A stretch of DNA of 64,000 bases from Octopus sinensis (lineage: Eukaryota), in NCBI RefSeq assembly GCF_006345805.1, contig NC_043014.1, positions 8,990,001-9,054,000 on the forward strand. The letters run 5' to 3'. Positions 12,661 to 25,952 of the stretch are shown here, piece by piece. The stretch's first letter is position 1; each line of letters begins with the position of its first letter. The notes beneath the pieces are model-generated. The model saw only the letters and a list, made by a program, of their open reading frames with translations. It was not told where the DNA came from and did not search any database. The translations under genes were made by a program, and so were the position numbers.

Positions 12661-13920
12661 ACAACCACACAGTTATACATGCACCTCACAGCCATGCCTG
12701 CGCCTTAGAGCCACGCCTGCGCCTAACAGTCATGCATGCTCCTGACAGCCATGCCTGTGCATCACAACCATGCATGCGCCTGATTGTCATGCCTGCACCT
12801 TACAGCCATGCCTGCGCCTGACAGCCATGTCTGCGCCTTACAGCCATGCCTGCGCCTGACGGCCTTGCCTGCGCCTGACAGCCATGCCTGCGCCTGACAG
12901 CCATGCCTGGGCCTGATAGCCATGCATGCTCCTGATTGTCATGCATGCGCCTGACGGCCTTGCCTGCGCCTGACAGCCATGCCTGCGCCTGACAGCCATG
13001 CCTGCGCCTGATAGCCATGTCTGCGCCTGACAGCCATGCCTGTGCCTGACAGCCATGCCTGCGCCTGACAGCCATGCCTGCGCCTGACAGCCATGCACCG
13101 CCTGACTGCCATGCCTGCACCTGACAGCCATGTCTGCGCCTGACAGCCATGCCTGCGCCTGACAGCCATGCACCGCCTGACTGCCATGCCTGCGCCTGAC
13201 AGCCATGTCTGCGCCTGACAGCCATGCCTGCGCCTGACAGCCATGCCTGGGCCTGATAGCCATGCATGCTCCTGATTGTCATGCATGCGCCTGACGGCCT
13301 TGCCTGCGCCTGACAGCCATGCCTGCGCCTGACAGCCATGCCTGGGCCTGATAGCCATGCATGCTCCTGATTGTCATGCATGCGCCTGACGGCCTTGCCT
13401 GCGCCTGACAGCCATGCCTGCGCCTGACAGCCATGCCTGCGCCTGACAGCCATGCCTGCGCCTGACAGCCATGCACCGCCTGACTGCCATGCCTGCACCT
13501 GACAGCCATGCCTGCGCCTTACAACCGTGCACGCGCCTGATTGCTATGCCTGCGCCTGACAGCCATGCATGTGCTTGACAGCCATGCCTGCGCCTGACAG
13601 CCACATATGCGCCAGACATCCATACCTGCGCCTAACAGTCTTGCATGCGCCTGACTGCTATGCCTGCACCTGATTGCCATGCTTGCGCCTGACAGCCATG
13701 CCTGCGCCTGACAGCCATGCCTGCGCATGACTGCCATGCCTGCGCCTGACAGCTATGCCTGCGCTTCACAACTATGCCTGCACCTCACATCTATACCTGC
13801 GTCTCACAGTCATGCATGTACTCGAGTGCCAAAATACGCTTGATAGCCATTCATGTGTCTGACAGCCATTCATAAATCGCCTCACAATCATGTCAGTGCC
13901 TTACAGCCATGCCTGCGCCT
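12661..13920. repeat. 19-bp minisatellite GACAGCCATGCCTGCGCCT, roughly 60-65 units with variant blocks
   Basis: Direct reading; degenerate at both edges. Confidence 0.97.
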
Positions 13921-14043
13921 CGTACTTTATACATTAAAAAAAAATTCAAATATATGCATTAATATAACTATTCCTCAGCTGTGTTGCTTTTTCTAACATA
14001 TATTTTCGCTGTGGACTTAAGAAGTTAGCTTTGGAATCACATG

Positions 14044-14533
14044 ATTTCGGGATCAATCCCACAAACACAACACCTTGGGCAAGTGCCTTCTACTAAGGCT
14101 GCATGGTGACCAATGCTTTGTGGGTGAATTTGGTAGATGGAAAGTGTGCAGAAGCCCATCGATTATCGTATAACTATGTATGTATGTATGTATGTATGCA
14201 TGTATGTATGTATGTATGTATGTATGTATGTATGCATGCATGTATGTATGCATGCATGTATGTATGTATGCATGTATGTATGTATGCGTGTGTGTGTATG
14301 TATGTATGTATGTGTCTTTGTCTAAGTGTTTGTCTCCCCAAGCCGCTTGGCAACCGGTGTTTGTTTGTTTACGTTCCCGTAACTTAAGAGGTTCTGCAAA
14401 AGTGACGATCTAGCATAAGTACCAGACTTGAAAAACAAATAGGTGGCTGGGGGTCAATTTGTTAGACTAAAACTCTTGAATACAGTGCCCCAGCATGGCC
14501 GTAGTCTAATGATTGAAGTATATAAAAGCTAAA
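14044..14533 (+). mobile_element. SINE family A, diverged, internal (TATG)n
   Basis: CACCTTGGGCAAGTG, TTGGTAGA.GGAAA, CCAGCATGGCCG blocks. Confidence 0.75.
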
Positions 14534-14713
14534 TGATAACCGATACAAGCTAAATGAACCATTGACATAATTGGAGAATGTAAAGAGGTGTCAGATCGTT
14601 TTGGCTGTTCGTGGTAGCTTCATAACTATAACTCAACTATGGTGTACCACAACAGATTTTAAACTAGGATACAGCCATTATTTTTGACTTATGTCTAAAC
14701 TCATAACATACAT

Positions 14714-14878
14714 AGGCGCGGGAGTGGCTGTGTGGTAAGTAGCTTGCTTACCAACCACATGGTTCGGGTTCAGTCCCACTGCGTGGCATCTTGGGCAAGT
14801 GTCTTCTGCTATAACCCCGGGCCGACCAAAGCCTTGTGAGTGGATTTGGTAGACGGAAACTGAAAGAAGTCTGTCGTA

Positions 14879-14912
<34 letters not shown>

Positions 14913-15154
14913 TATTTGTGTGTATGTTTGTGTGTCTGTGTTTGTCCCCCTAGCATTGCTTGACAAGCGATGCTGGTGTGTTTACGTCCCCGTCACGTAG
15001 CGGTTCGGCAAAAGATACCGATAGAATAAGTACTGGGCTTACAAAGAATAAGTCCCGGGGTTGATTTGCTCGACTAAAGGCGGTGCTCCAGCATGGCCGC
15101 AGTCAAATGACTGAAACAAGTAAAAGTAAAAGTAAAAGTAAAAGTAAAAGTAAA
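14714..15154 (+). mobile_element. SINE family A, full length, (GTAAAA)n tail
   Basis: Matches A consensus. Confidence 0.92.
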
Positions 15155-15315
15155 TACACATTTTATTTTAATTTCCTTGCAAAGAATATCAATTTTTTTA
15201 TTATTTCTTTTGAATCTGTAAATAAGGAAGAATAAGTCAACAAATTATTTTAGATCAGTGATGATTTATTATGAAGTTACTGATAGAAATGATGGTTACT
15301 GATAGTTAATGATAT

Positions 15316-15642
15316 GAGACCCCCTTCGGTCACGACACAGACCATGGGATTGCACCTAGAATGTTACGCTCCCAGGCATAAGTCGGGCAAGGTGTTTTTT
15401 TTATGGAAGACCAGCAGTCGCTTATGCATACCGGCCCCTCCTCTCCACGCCACCAAGGGAAAGACAAGGGCCGATACAGCTTGGCACCTGTGACGTCGCA
15501 ACTCATTTCTACAGCTGAGTGAACTGGAGCAACGTGAAATAAAGTGTCTTGCTCAAGAACACAACACGCAGCCCGGTCCGGGGGATTCGAATTCGTAACC
15601 TCACGATCGTAGGCTCGAAGCTGAAACCACTGATCCATGATA
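15316..15642 (-). mobile_element. SINE family E (CORE-like domain)
   Basis: Minus strand: B-box-like ATTCGAATCC, GTGTTCTTGAGCAAGACACTTTATTTCACGTTGCTCCAGTTCACTCAGCTGTA. Confidence 0.65.
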
Positions 15643-15824
15643 GAAAACAGGAATAACACCCTGAACGAATTGTTTTGTAGGTTAGAAATAAGGGACAGAT
15701 ACCTCAGATTACTGTGGGCACATATTTTCGTTCAAATATATATTTACTAGACATCTCTGAACAAAAACATACGGGATAATATATCAAAAGGATGAGGAAG
15801 ATAACTTTTAAGGCTAGAAGCGTA

Positions 15825-16051
15825 TATGTATATACACATATATATATGCATATATATATGCATATATATACGCATATATATATATGTATATATATATATG
15901 TATATATATATATATGTATATATATATGTATATATATGTATGTATATATATATATATATATAATATATATGTATATATATATGTATGTATATATATGTAT
16001 ATATATGTGTATATATATGTATATATATGTATATATATGCATATATATATA

Positions 16052-16121
<70 letters not shown>

Positions 16122-16128
16122 ATGTATG

Positions 16129-16194
<66 letters not shown>
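15825..16194. repeat. (TA)n / TATATG microsatellite
   Basis: Direct reading. Confidence 0.97.
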
Positions 16195-16198
<4 letters not shown>

Positions 16199-16887
16199 AG
16201 GAATTCAGCTACTGTCAGAAAAAAAAGTAAAAAAAAAAAGAATGTGCTTCAAAATTTTGAGTCGGTTCCTATAAGACTTCAGATCCAAGAGGTATTAAAA
16301 GATTAATCTAAGGATGAAGCCTTCACATCACTTGGTTCGAGCTGAAAGCTCGAAATGCCTTCAAATAGATTTATGTTAAGTTCTTGGGAAAATTACAGGT
16401 TTCCCTTTACAAATGGAGTTAGGAAACTAATTGAAGGTTTCTCAACATATGGCATGTCACATGTCACCTAGATTTCTTTCCTGAATAATCTTGGTCCCGG
16501 TTAGTGACGAACGAGTAAGGAGATTTCACCAGAATATTAAATCCATATAAGCTCTCTATCAAGAATTCTTGAATAATATAAAAAAAAAAAAATGATGCTA
16601 GATTATTGCTGCATGGTTTATCATGGCACAAACTACATTTACAAGAAAAAAGAAATGGCATTTTTGATTGAGAATATATGGCTGTTTGTTGACAACTTCT
16701 TCATCCTTGTAAGGGTATTAATACCCAATTTTCCTGCTGGTTTAATGACGATACTGCGTTCGAAAATACCATTCTTGTCTGTATTTTACGATATACATTC
16801 TACGCTTCAAAAAAAAAACCAAAACAGAAAACAAATGTAAGCTTGTTAATATACAAACGTGGTTGTGTTATATATATATATATATAC

Positions 16888-16930
<43 letters not shown>

Positions 16931-17085
16931 TAAAAATTCATATTATTCAAAATATTCAACGTAAACACGAAGTTTCTACCTTTATAAACAAGTAGTTAGA
17001 ACACCTTTACTTGTGAGATTTTGCTGCCCTGGTAACTATTTATTATTGTTTCCGTGTTAATTGTTAACAAGGTAAAAATACACTC

Positions 17086-17128
<43 letters not shown>

Positions 17129-17350
17129 GGTAAAATATGAAAAATCAACGAAAATACACATTGAAAATAAAAAAAAGGGTATTTATGACAGGTAATGACA
17201 AATATATACATTTAGATTGACTGAGGTATTAATAAGAGTCATAAAAGTCATTATTATGAGACGATTATAAGATGAAAATAAAGTAAGAGAACAAAACGGA
17301 CCATGGCTTACGCAAAGCTATTCATCGTTTGAAAAACACAGGCTAATATA

Positions 17351-17563
17351 TACTCTCTTTACTCACTTTACTTGTTTCAGTCATTTGACTGCGGCCATGC
17401 TGGAGCACCGCCTCTAGTCGAGCAAATCGACCCCGGGACTTATTCTTTGTAAGCCCAGTACTTATTCTATCGGTCTCTTTTGCCGAACCGCTAAGTGACG
17501 GGGACGTAAACACACCAGCATTGGTTGTCAAGCAATGCTAGGGGGACAAACACAGACACACAA

Positions 17564-17598
<35 letters not shown>

Positions 17599-17760
17599 CA
17601 TATATACGACAGGCTTCTTTCAGTTTCCGTCTACGAAATCCACTCACAAGGCATTGGTCGGCCCGGGGCTATAGCAGAAGACACTTGCCCAAGATGCCAC
17701 GCAGTGGGACTGAACTCAGAACCATGTGGTTGGTAAGCAAGCTACTTACCACACAGCCAC
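17351..17760 (-). mobile_element. SINE family A
   Basis: Matches A consensus; first ~12 nt of head missing. Confidence 0.9.
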
Positions 17761-18032
17761 ACACAGAGACATGACATAAGTAAATAGACACCCTTATAAT
17801 CATTAAAATTTATTCAATTCTGAAATTATATATTCAAATTATATCACTGAGTGATGAGAAGAATTTTAATCTGCTTTATAACCTGCAAAGGGCAGTGGAA
17901 ATGGTGTGGCTATGATAGCAGTTTTACAGCCATGCGATTATTGACTTTGCTTCTTTCTAGCACCCTCTCATCTCCTCTCTTCTGCTTTTCCGTCTCCTTA
18001 GAACAGAAAGCTATCAATGGTCTACACTCTGA

Positions 18033-18395
18033 AGGCGACGAGGTGGCAGAATCGTTAGCACGCCGGGCGAAATGCGTAGCCGTAATTCGTCTTTGCTTTT
18101 CATCCTTTCGGGGTCGATTAAATAAGTACCAGTTATGCACTGGGGTCGATATAATCGACTTAATCCGCTTGTTTGTCCTTATTTGTCCTCTCTGTGTTTA
18201 GCCCCTTGTGGGTAGTAAAGAAATAGGTATTTCGTCTGCCGTTACGTTCTGAGTTCAAATTCCGCCGAAGTCGACTTTGCCTTTCATCCTTTCGGTGTCG
18301 ATAAATTAAATACCAGTTGTGTACTGGGGTCGATATAATAGACTGGGCTCCCTCCCCCAAAATTTCGGGCCTTGTACCTAGAGTAGAAAAGAAAA
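18033..18395 (+). mobile_element. SINE family B dimer with deletion in the first unit
   Basis: Head, partial T1 unit and T2 unit. Confidence 0.85.
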
Positions 18396-18683
18396 GAATG
18401 TCCCGCACTTCCGATCATGTAGCTAAGTTTTCAGTGTCACATTACGGTCTCACTACTTTTACTTCTACTCCCATGAATCGGTCAGGGTCTCGAATGATCT
18501 CGAATGACTGTGGTATTCACGGATCAGTAGGTACCTGTTTTGAAGACGTAGAAGAATGTTCCTTTGAGTTTTCAAAAAGGAGAAATATGTATTCTACCAT
18601 CTTTAAGTATGGTGTATTTTCTTCGTTTAGTAAAATGTGGCTGAATTGCATGTCACTGATATTCTTAATAGTATAATACAAAT

Positions 18684-19066
18684 GTGGAGGCGCAATGGCC
18701 CAGTGGTTAGGGCAGCGGACTCGCGGTCATAGGATCGCGGTTTCGATTCCCAGACCGGGCGTTGTGAGTGTTTATTGAGCGGAAACACCTAAAGCTCCAC
18801 GAGGCTCCGGCAGGGGATGGTGGTGATCCCTGCTGTACTCTTTCACCACAACTTTCTCTCACTCTTACTTCCTGTTTCTGTTGTACCTGTATTTCAAAGG
18901 GCCGGCCTATCACTCTCTGTGTCACGCTGAATGTCCCTGAGAACTACGTTAAGGGTGCACGTGTCTGTGGAGTGCTCAGCCACTTACACGTTAATTTCAC
19001 GAGCAGGCTGTTCCGTTGATTCGGATCAACCGGAACCCTCTTCGTCGTAACCGACGGAGTGCTTCC
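18684..19066 (+). mobile_element. SINE family C, tail type C2
   Basis: Same tRNA head as 6440; tail ...CGTCGTAACCGACGGAGTGC. Confidence 0.9.
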
Positions 19067-19464
19067 ATCCCATAATACAAATGGATCAAATTGACGCTTT
19101 TAAACGTTAAAATATTATTATGGTTTTGCGTGTAATGAATGAATTTCGTCGTGAAATTGAATTTATTTTAGATTTTTGAAGAAATTTTCCTCCGTCTGGT
19201 TAGTTTTTGATCTTTTTGTAAGGCTGCATTTCTGCTAGGAAGCCATTTTGCGTAAAGAAAGCAGAAATGTAAAGTTACGTCTAAAAATGTCCGGATATTT
19301 CTCAATCGCCAAAGGGATTGACTCCCGACGCATCCCAAAAGTATTCCCCACGAAAGAATATATTTTTTAAAATAGTGATTGCTAACCCCACCCCGAAATT
19401 TTAAGAGTTTTGTAGAATTTTGTGGAAGTACGAGGGCGACGACTAAGGCAATATCGACAACGAC

Positions 19465-20127
19465 AACATCCTTTCGGGGTCGATTAAATAAGTACCAGTT
19501 ACGCACTGGGGTCGATATAATCGACTTAATCCCTTTGTCTGTCCTTGTTTGTCCTCTCTGTGTTTAGCCCCTTGTGGGTAGTAAAGAAATAGGTATTTCG
19601 TCTGCCGTTACGGTCTGGGTTCAAATTCCGCCGAGGTTGACTTTGCCTTTCATCCTTTCGGGGTCGATTAAATAAGTACCAGTTACGCACTAGGGTTGAT
19701 ATAATCGACTTAATCCATTTCTCTGTCCTTGTTTGTCCCCTCTGTGTTTAGCCCCTTGTGGGTAGTAAAGAAATAGGTATTTCGTCAGTCTTTACGTTCT
19801 GAGTTCAAATTCCGCCAAGGTCGACTTTGCCTTTCATCCTTTCGGGGTCGATTAAATAAGTACCAGTTACGCACTAGGGTTGATATAATCGACTTAATCC
19901 ATTTCTCTGTCCTTGTTTGTCCCCTCTGTGTTTAGCCCCTTGTGGGTAGTAAAGAAATAGGTATTTCGTCAGTCTTTACGTTCTGAGTTCAAATTCCGCC
20001 AAGGTCGACTTTGTCCTTCATCTTTTCGGGGTCGATAAATTAAGTACCAGTTGCGTACTGAGGTCGATCTAATCGACTGCCACACACCCCGCAAATTTCA
20101 TGCCTTGTGCCTAGAGCAGAAAAGAAT
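19465..20127 (+). mobile_element. Headless SINE family B multimer (partial T1, T1, T1, T2)
   Basis: Repeated AAAGAAATAG|GTATTTCGTC junctions; no head. Confidence 0.9.
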
Positions 20128-20386
20128 TTTGGTTTCACACTACATAAAGATTTCTAAGATCGATTAAATTTTCTTTGTTTCATTCATTAGACTGCGGCCA
20201 CGGTGGGGGCAGAGCCTTGAAGGGTTTTAGTCGAACTAAATCAACCATCGTACTTATTATTTTGAAAAGCTAGATACTTATTCTATCGGTTTTTTGTCGA
20301 ACCGCTAAGTTAGGGAGACGTAAGCGAATCAACGTTGGTTGTCAAACGCAAGGGGATGACAAACACTGGGACACCTATACATAGAC

Positions 20387-20387
<1 letters not shown>

Positions 20388-20417
<30 letters not shown>

Positions 20418-21271
20418 TGTATGTATGTATGTATGTATGTATGTGTGTATGTATGTATTTATGTATTTTTGTATGTATGTATGTATGTATTTATGTATTT
20501 TTGTATGTATGTATGTATGTATGTATGTGTGTATGTATGTATGTATGTATGTATGTGTGTGTATGTATGTATGTATGTATGTATGTATGTATGTATGTGT
20601 GTGTATGTATGTATGTATGTATGTATGTATGTGTGTGTATGTATGTATGTATGTATGTCTCTTCTATTTTTTAACTATTATAAATCTTCCATTGAGGAGG
20701 GACCCGGTTTTCAACAAAGATACAAGGCCCCATGTTTGGGATGTAGTTAATACAGGTAAGTTCACATTTGGAACTTGAGAAAAGTCTTGTATATTTTTAC
20801 TGTTCCACTTACAGATTGCACTTGTAATGTACGGATTAGCCGGTAAATTTCTCTTTCGGAAAATTCCAGTTTATCCAGATTCTTCTTTAAGCATTTATAA
20901 GGATAAAGAAAAAAACCTTGTGCTCCAATTATAATTGGTATGAATATGAATTCATAGTCTGGATATAGAAGCTGGAGGTATGCATGTATGTATGTATGTA
21001 TGTATGTATGTATGTATGTATGTATGTATGTATGTATGTATGTATGTATTTATGTATGTATTTATGTATGTATTTATGTATGTATGTATGTATGTATGTA
21101 CGTACGTACGTACGTATGTATGTATGTATGTGTGTACGTATGTATGTATGTATGTATGTATGTATGTATGTACGAACGTACGTACGTATGTATGTATGTA
21201 TGTATGTATGTATGTATGTATGTATGTATGTATGTATGTATGATGTATGTATGTATGTATGTATGTATGTA
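20388..21271. repeat. (TATG)n microsatellite split by a LINE insertion
   Basis: Tracts at 20388-20658 and 20979-21271. Confidence 0.95.
20659..20978 (-). mobile_element. 3' end of an RLE-type non-LTR retrotransposon inside (CATA)n
   Basis: Minus frames LQLLYPDYEFIFIPIIIGAQG and KCLKKNLDKLEFSEREIYRLIRTLQVQSVSGTVKIYKTFLKFQM*; IPxIIGAxG is the RLE C-terminal motif. Confidence 0.75.
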
Positions 21272-21488
21272 CGATAGAGTTCTGGAAAATTCCTGGCTTT
21301 GGGTAAAAGAAATTACAGGATAATCAGTTAATTATGATTTTATTCAAACATATTCCCCTCTCAGATTCACGCACTTGTTGCAGCAGCCCTTCAGTTTTTC
21401 TAGGACCTGTAAAGGAACTCGGAATGTTGGGCCTCTAACCAGGCCTTTCGCTTTACTCTTAAAGCCAGGAACTTTTCAGCACCCCTCG
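21272..21488. mobile_element. Mariner-derived MITE
   Basis: TA TSD; right TIR reverse complement CGAGGGGTGCTGAAAAGTTCCTGGC; degenerate left TIR CGATAGAGTTCTGGAAAATTCCTGGC. Confidence 0.65.
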
Positions 21489-22120
21489 TATGTACACACA
21501 CACACACACACACACGACGGGTTTCTACACAGCTTCTATCTACCAAATTCACTTATAAGACATTGGTCGGCTCTGGGCTATATTAGAAGACGTTTGTTCA
21601 AAGTGCCGCACAGTAGGACCGAACTCGAAACGACACGTCTGCAAAGCGAGATTCTTAACTACTTCAACAAGTACCATTTCACTTCTTTATTATTATTTAT
21701 CGATTCGTTAACCTTTTTAACCAATAACCTATTCGACTGTTTGATTACTCGTTTGGTTTAATTAATCAATCACCTTAGATTCGCCAAACTTCTTTCGTCG
21801 CCTTTCGCGACCTCATCAATATCGTATCCTCTGATCTCAGCTCTGATTCAGATTAGTCTTTTTATGCATTGATTTGAGTTGACCCTGTAAATTCGTGTGG
21901 CCATGTAGTTACGACTTTGGACTCACAATCGTTAGGCAGTGGGTTGTTCCGATTCTAGGGCCATGGAGTGCTTTGAATTCTTAAACAAGACTCTCAATTT
22001 CACGTTGCTGTAATCTACCCGGCTGGAAATAATTACCAGCAGTAAATTTGACTGCTATTTCTAGCAGAAAGCTAGAGAAAATAGAAGGTCACTCGTTGAG
22101 TGTACGCTATCATTTATATC

Positions 22121-22540
22121 TCTCTTTACTCTTTTACTCTTTTACTTGTTTCAGTCATGTGACTGTGGCCATGCTGGAGCACCACCTTTAGTCGATCAAA
22201 TCGACCGCAGGACTTATTCTTTGTTCGCCTAGTACTTATTTTATCGGCCACTTTTTGCCGAACCGCTAAGTTACCGGGACGTATACACACCAGCATCGGC
22301 GGTTGTCAAGCGATGTTGGGAGGACAAACACAGACAAACAAACACGCGCTAACACACACATATATATACATATATACGACGAGCTTCTTTCAGTTTCCGT
22401 CTACCAAATCCACCCACAAGGCTTTGGTCGGCCCGAGGCTATAGTAGAAGACACTTACCCAAGGTGCCACGCAGTGGGACTGAACCCGGAACCATGTGGT
22501 TCGTAAGCAAGCTACTTACTACACAGCCACTCCTGCGCCT
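22121..22540 (-). mobile_element. SINE family A, full length
   Basis: Matches A consensus. Confidence 0.9.
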
Positions 22541-22846
22541 CTGATAGAATTAGAAGCTAAAACTCCCTTAAATCTCACCTTCCTTTCTAAGTAAGCCACG
22601 GCCAGTTTGGATTCAGATTGTAATATATAGAGGACGGGTTTCCATACAGTTTCCGTTAATCAATTTGACTCACAAGACATAGATTGGATCGGGGATACAG
22701 CAGAAGACACTTGCCCAGGTTGCCGCGCAGTGGATCTGAACTCAAAACCATGGGGTTGAGAAACAAACTCCTTAACTATACAGCCATATCTGCATCTTGG
22801 TCTTTTGTTACCCCCCTCATCCTTCGTCCCAGTGGCAAATAAATGA

Positions 22847-22882
<36 letters not shown>

Positions 22883-23002
22883 TGTTATCATTATCATTAT
22901 CATTGTTATTATTATTATTATTACTATTATTATTAGCATATGCTAGTGTTTTCCTTAGTTGCGGTTATTTTCGAAAGCCCTTTATCGTTTAATGATTAAA
23001 TT

Positions 23003-23640
23003 TTAGTCATTGACCTGCGGCCATGCTGGAGCGCAATCTTGGAATGTTTTGTTGTTGTCGAACAAACTGACACAAGTATTTATGTTTTTTTCCTAAAATT
23101 TGCTACTATTCTATCAGTCTCTTTTGCTGAATCGCTAAGTTGCGGGGTACGTAAACAAACTAACACCGGTTGTCAAGTGGAGTGTGAGGGTGACCAGCAA
23201 AGGCACACACACACACACACACACAGTAGATACACACACTCACAGACACACATACATACGCAGACACATACACACACAGACGCACATACACATACATACA
23301 CACACAGACGTAGATACACACACACACACACACTCACAAACACACTTACATACACAGCCACATATACACACACAGACACACATACACATGCACACACACA
23401 CACACACACACACACGTAGATACACACACACGCTCACATACGCACAAACACACACATACACAAATCTATATATTCGACAAGCTTCCGCACAGTTTCTGTC
23501 TACCAAATTCCCCCACAAGCCATTGGTCAGTCCGTGGCTAGAGTAGTAGCCACTTGCTCCAAGCAGACCGTAGTGAGACTCAACCCGAAAGAACACGATT
23601 GCAAAGCGAACATTTTAACCAATGAGTCATACCAGCGCCT
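23003..23640 (-). mobile_element. SINE family A, diverged, long internal CA tract
   Basis: Consensus blocks on either side of the 23205-23470 microsatellite. Confidence 0.75.
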
Positions 23641-24046
23641 AAACACAACCGCAACATAGTAAAAGACTTTAGTATGACTTTTCTATGTCTGACAACTTTC
23701 TTTTAACATTCCTTCAATAATTCATAATTGAAAATCTCATGTTTGCCTGTCATGTTGAGAAAAGCTAATCCGCATATACCAAGAAATATTTAATTCTCCA
23801 CGAAGCTGTAACGAAAAATAAAATTTAATATAACAAAGATACTTGTCTATCAAGTATTGATTTTTAAAATGTTCAATTATTTTCTGTTGAAGAGAAATAA
23901 TATAATTTCGTCGACAGAACAACCATCTTTGAATTATGAATTGCTTCAGTTTCTTAGTTAAAGAATTTTGTTATTCCATTTCAGAGTATTGTTGGTTTTA
24001 AAGAGGTCAATTTAAACGAATATATTCACGTACAACAGTGAGCAAT

Positions 24047-24452
24047 AGGCGCAGGAGTGACTGTGTGGTAAGTAGCTTGCTTACCAACCACATGGTTCCG
24101 GGTTCAGTCCCACTGCGTGGCATCTTGGGCAAGTGTCTTCTGCTATAGCCTCGGGCCGACCAATGCCATGTGAGTGTATCTGGTAGACGGAAACTGAAAG
24201 AAGCCTGTCGTATATATGTATATGTGTATGTATGCGTGTGTGTGTTTGTGTGTCTGTGTTTGTCCCCCTAGCATTGCTTAATAACCGATGCTGGTGTGTT
24301 TACGTTCCCGTTACTTAGCGGTTCGGAAAAAGAGACCGATAGAATTAGTACTGGGCTTACAAAGAATAAGTCCCGGGGTCGATTTGCTCGACTAAAGGCG
24401 GTGCTCCAGCATGGCCGCAGTCAAATGACTGAAACAAGTAAAAGAGTAAAAG
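24047..24452 (+). mobile_element. SINE family A, full length
   Basis: Matches A consensus. Confidence 0.92.
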
Positions 24453-24554
24453 CAAATCAAATGCGTAGTTTAAAAATGTTAATAGTTTAAATCTTGTTAC
24501 GTTTATATATCGTTTTGCAAGATTCTTGATGTGAAATCGCGTGTTGAAACATAT

Positions 24555-24790
24555 ATTGTTGTATTTCGGAATGGTTATGTTGCCAGTTTAACCAATAAAA
24601 ACACACGCACTATATATTTGGTATTAATTTGCTTCAGCTTTATTTTATTTTTTACATTAATCTTAATCTTAATCTTATAAGATTAATGTAAAAAATAAGA
24701 TACAGCTGAAGCAAAGAAACACCAAATATATAGTGGCGTGTTTTTTTTATTGGCTAAACTGTGAACATGACTATTCCTGAATACAACAAT
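24555..24790. mobile_element. Imperfect fold-back element (arms ~110 bp); second copy at 26051-26285
   Basis: ATTGTTGTATT...TACATTAATCTTA pairs with TAAGATTAATGTA...AATACAACAAT. Confidence 0.75.
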
Positions 24791-25447
24791 AATAGTTTAA
24801 TCTGCTTTTACCGATTGCTTTGTTGGTTCAGTCGTTTGACTGAACCTTGCCATCCCAACTCAGCTGAAAACAATATCTGTGTATCTGTGTTTTGAGCTGA
24901 GTGGGAGTGCTAGAATTCCCCTTGTTCGAAAATATAAGGACACAGATCGTGTCGTATAGCCAGCTGGAGACGATGTCTCCTGGGGCTAATTACGTAACCA
25001 TTCATCCTAAACCAGAACTGCCATGTTGGCAAACAATCTTTACTCCAAAGTACTGTGTTGAATATCTCACGTGTGAGATTTCAAAAATATATATTTTCTG
25101 AAGATTATTAGTAATGATTATTTATTTGTCAGCAAGAAGAGCGCGTGGCCTGAATGGTTAGAAGTTTGCACACTCACGAGAACGTAGGTTCGATTTCCCA
25201 AACCGCGGTACCTTGTGTTATTGGGAGCAAAACACTTTATTTATCTTTGCTTTGCTTTGATATCTGACATGTAGCACATTTGTGCACCTGTTCAGGTAAA
25301 ATCGATTTGTGGAATGAAGTGTACTTATGTGCAGGACAAATATTTGATCACCACGAACACAGGTTGTCCAGCAAGAAATTATGGAACCGTCTTTTTCGGA
25401 CACATGAGACTACCATTAAAAAAGAAAAAAAAATGTCGACGCATTAT

Positions 25448-25952
<505 letters not shown>

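Noticed and set aside
12800-13737. AVRRRHGCQAQAWLSGAGM repeat ORFs
   Set aside because: Product of the 19-bp minisatellite read through rotating frames
18684-18760. tRNA genes at SINE heads
   Set aside because: A and B boxes are present, but there is no complete cloverleaf and the heads continue into SINE bodies
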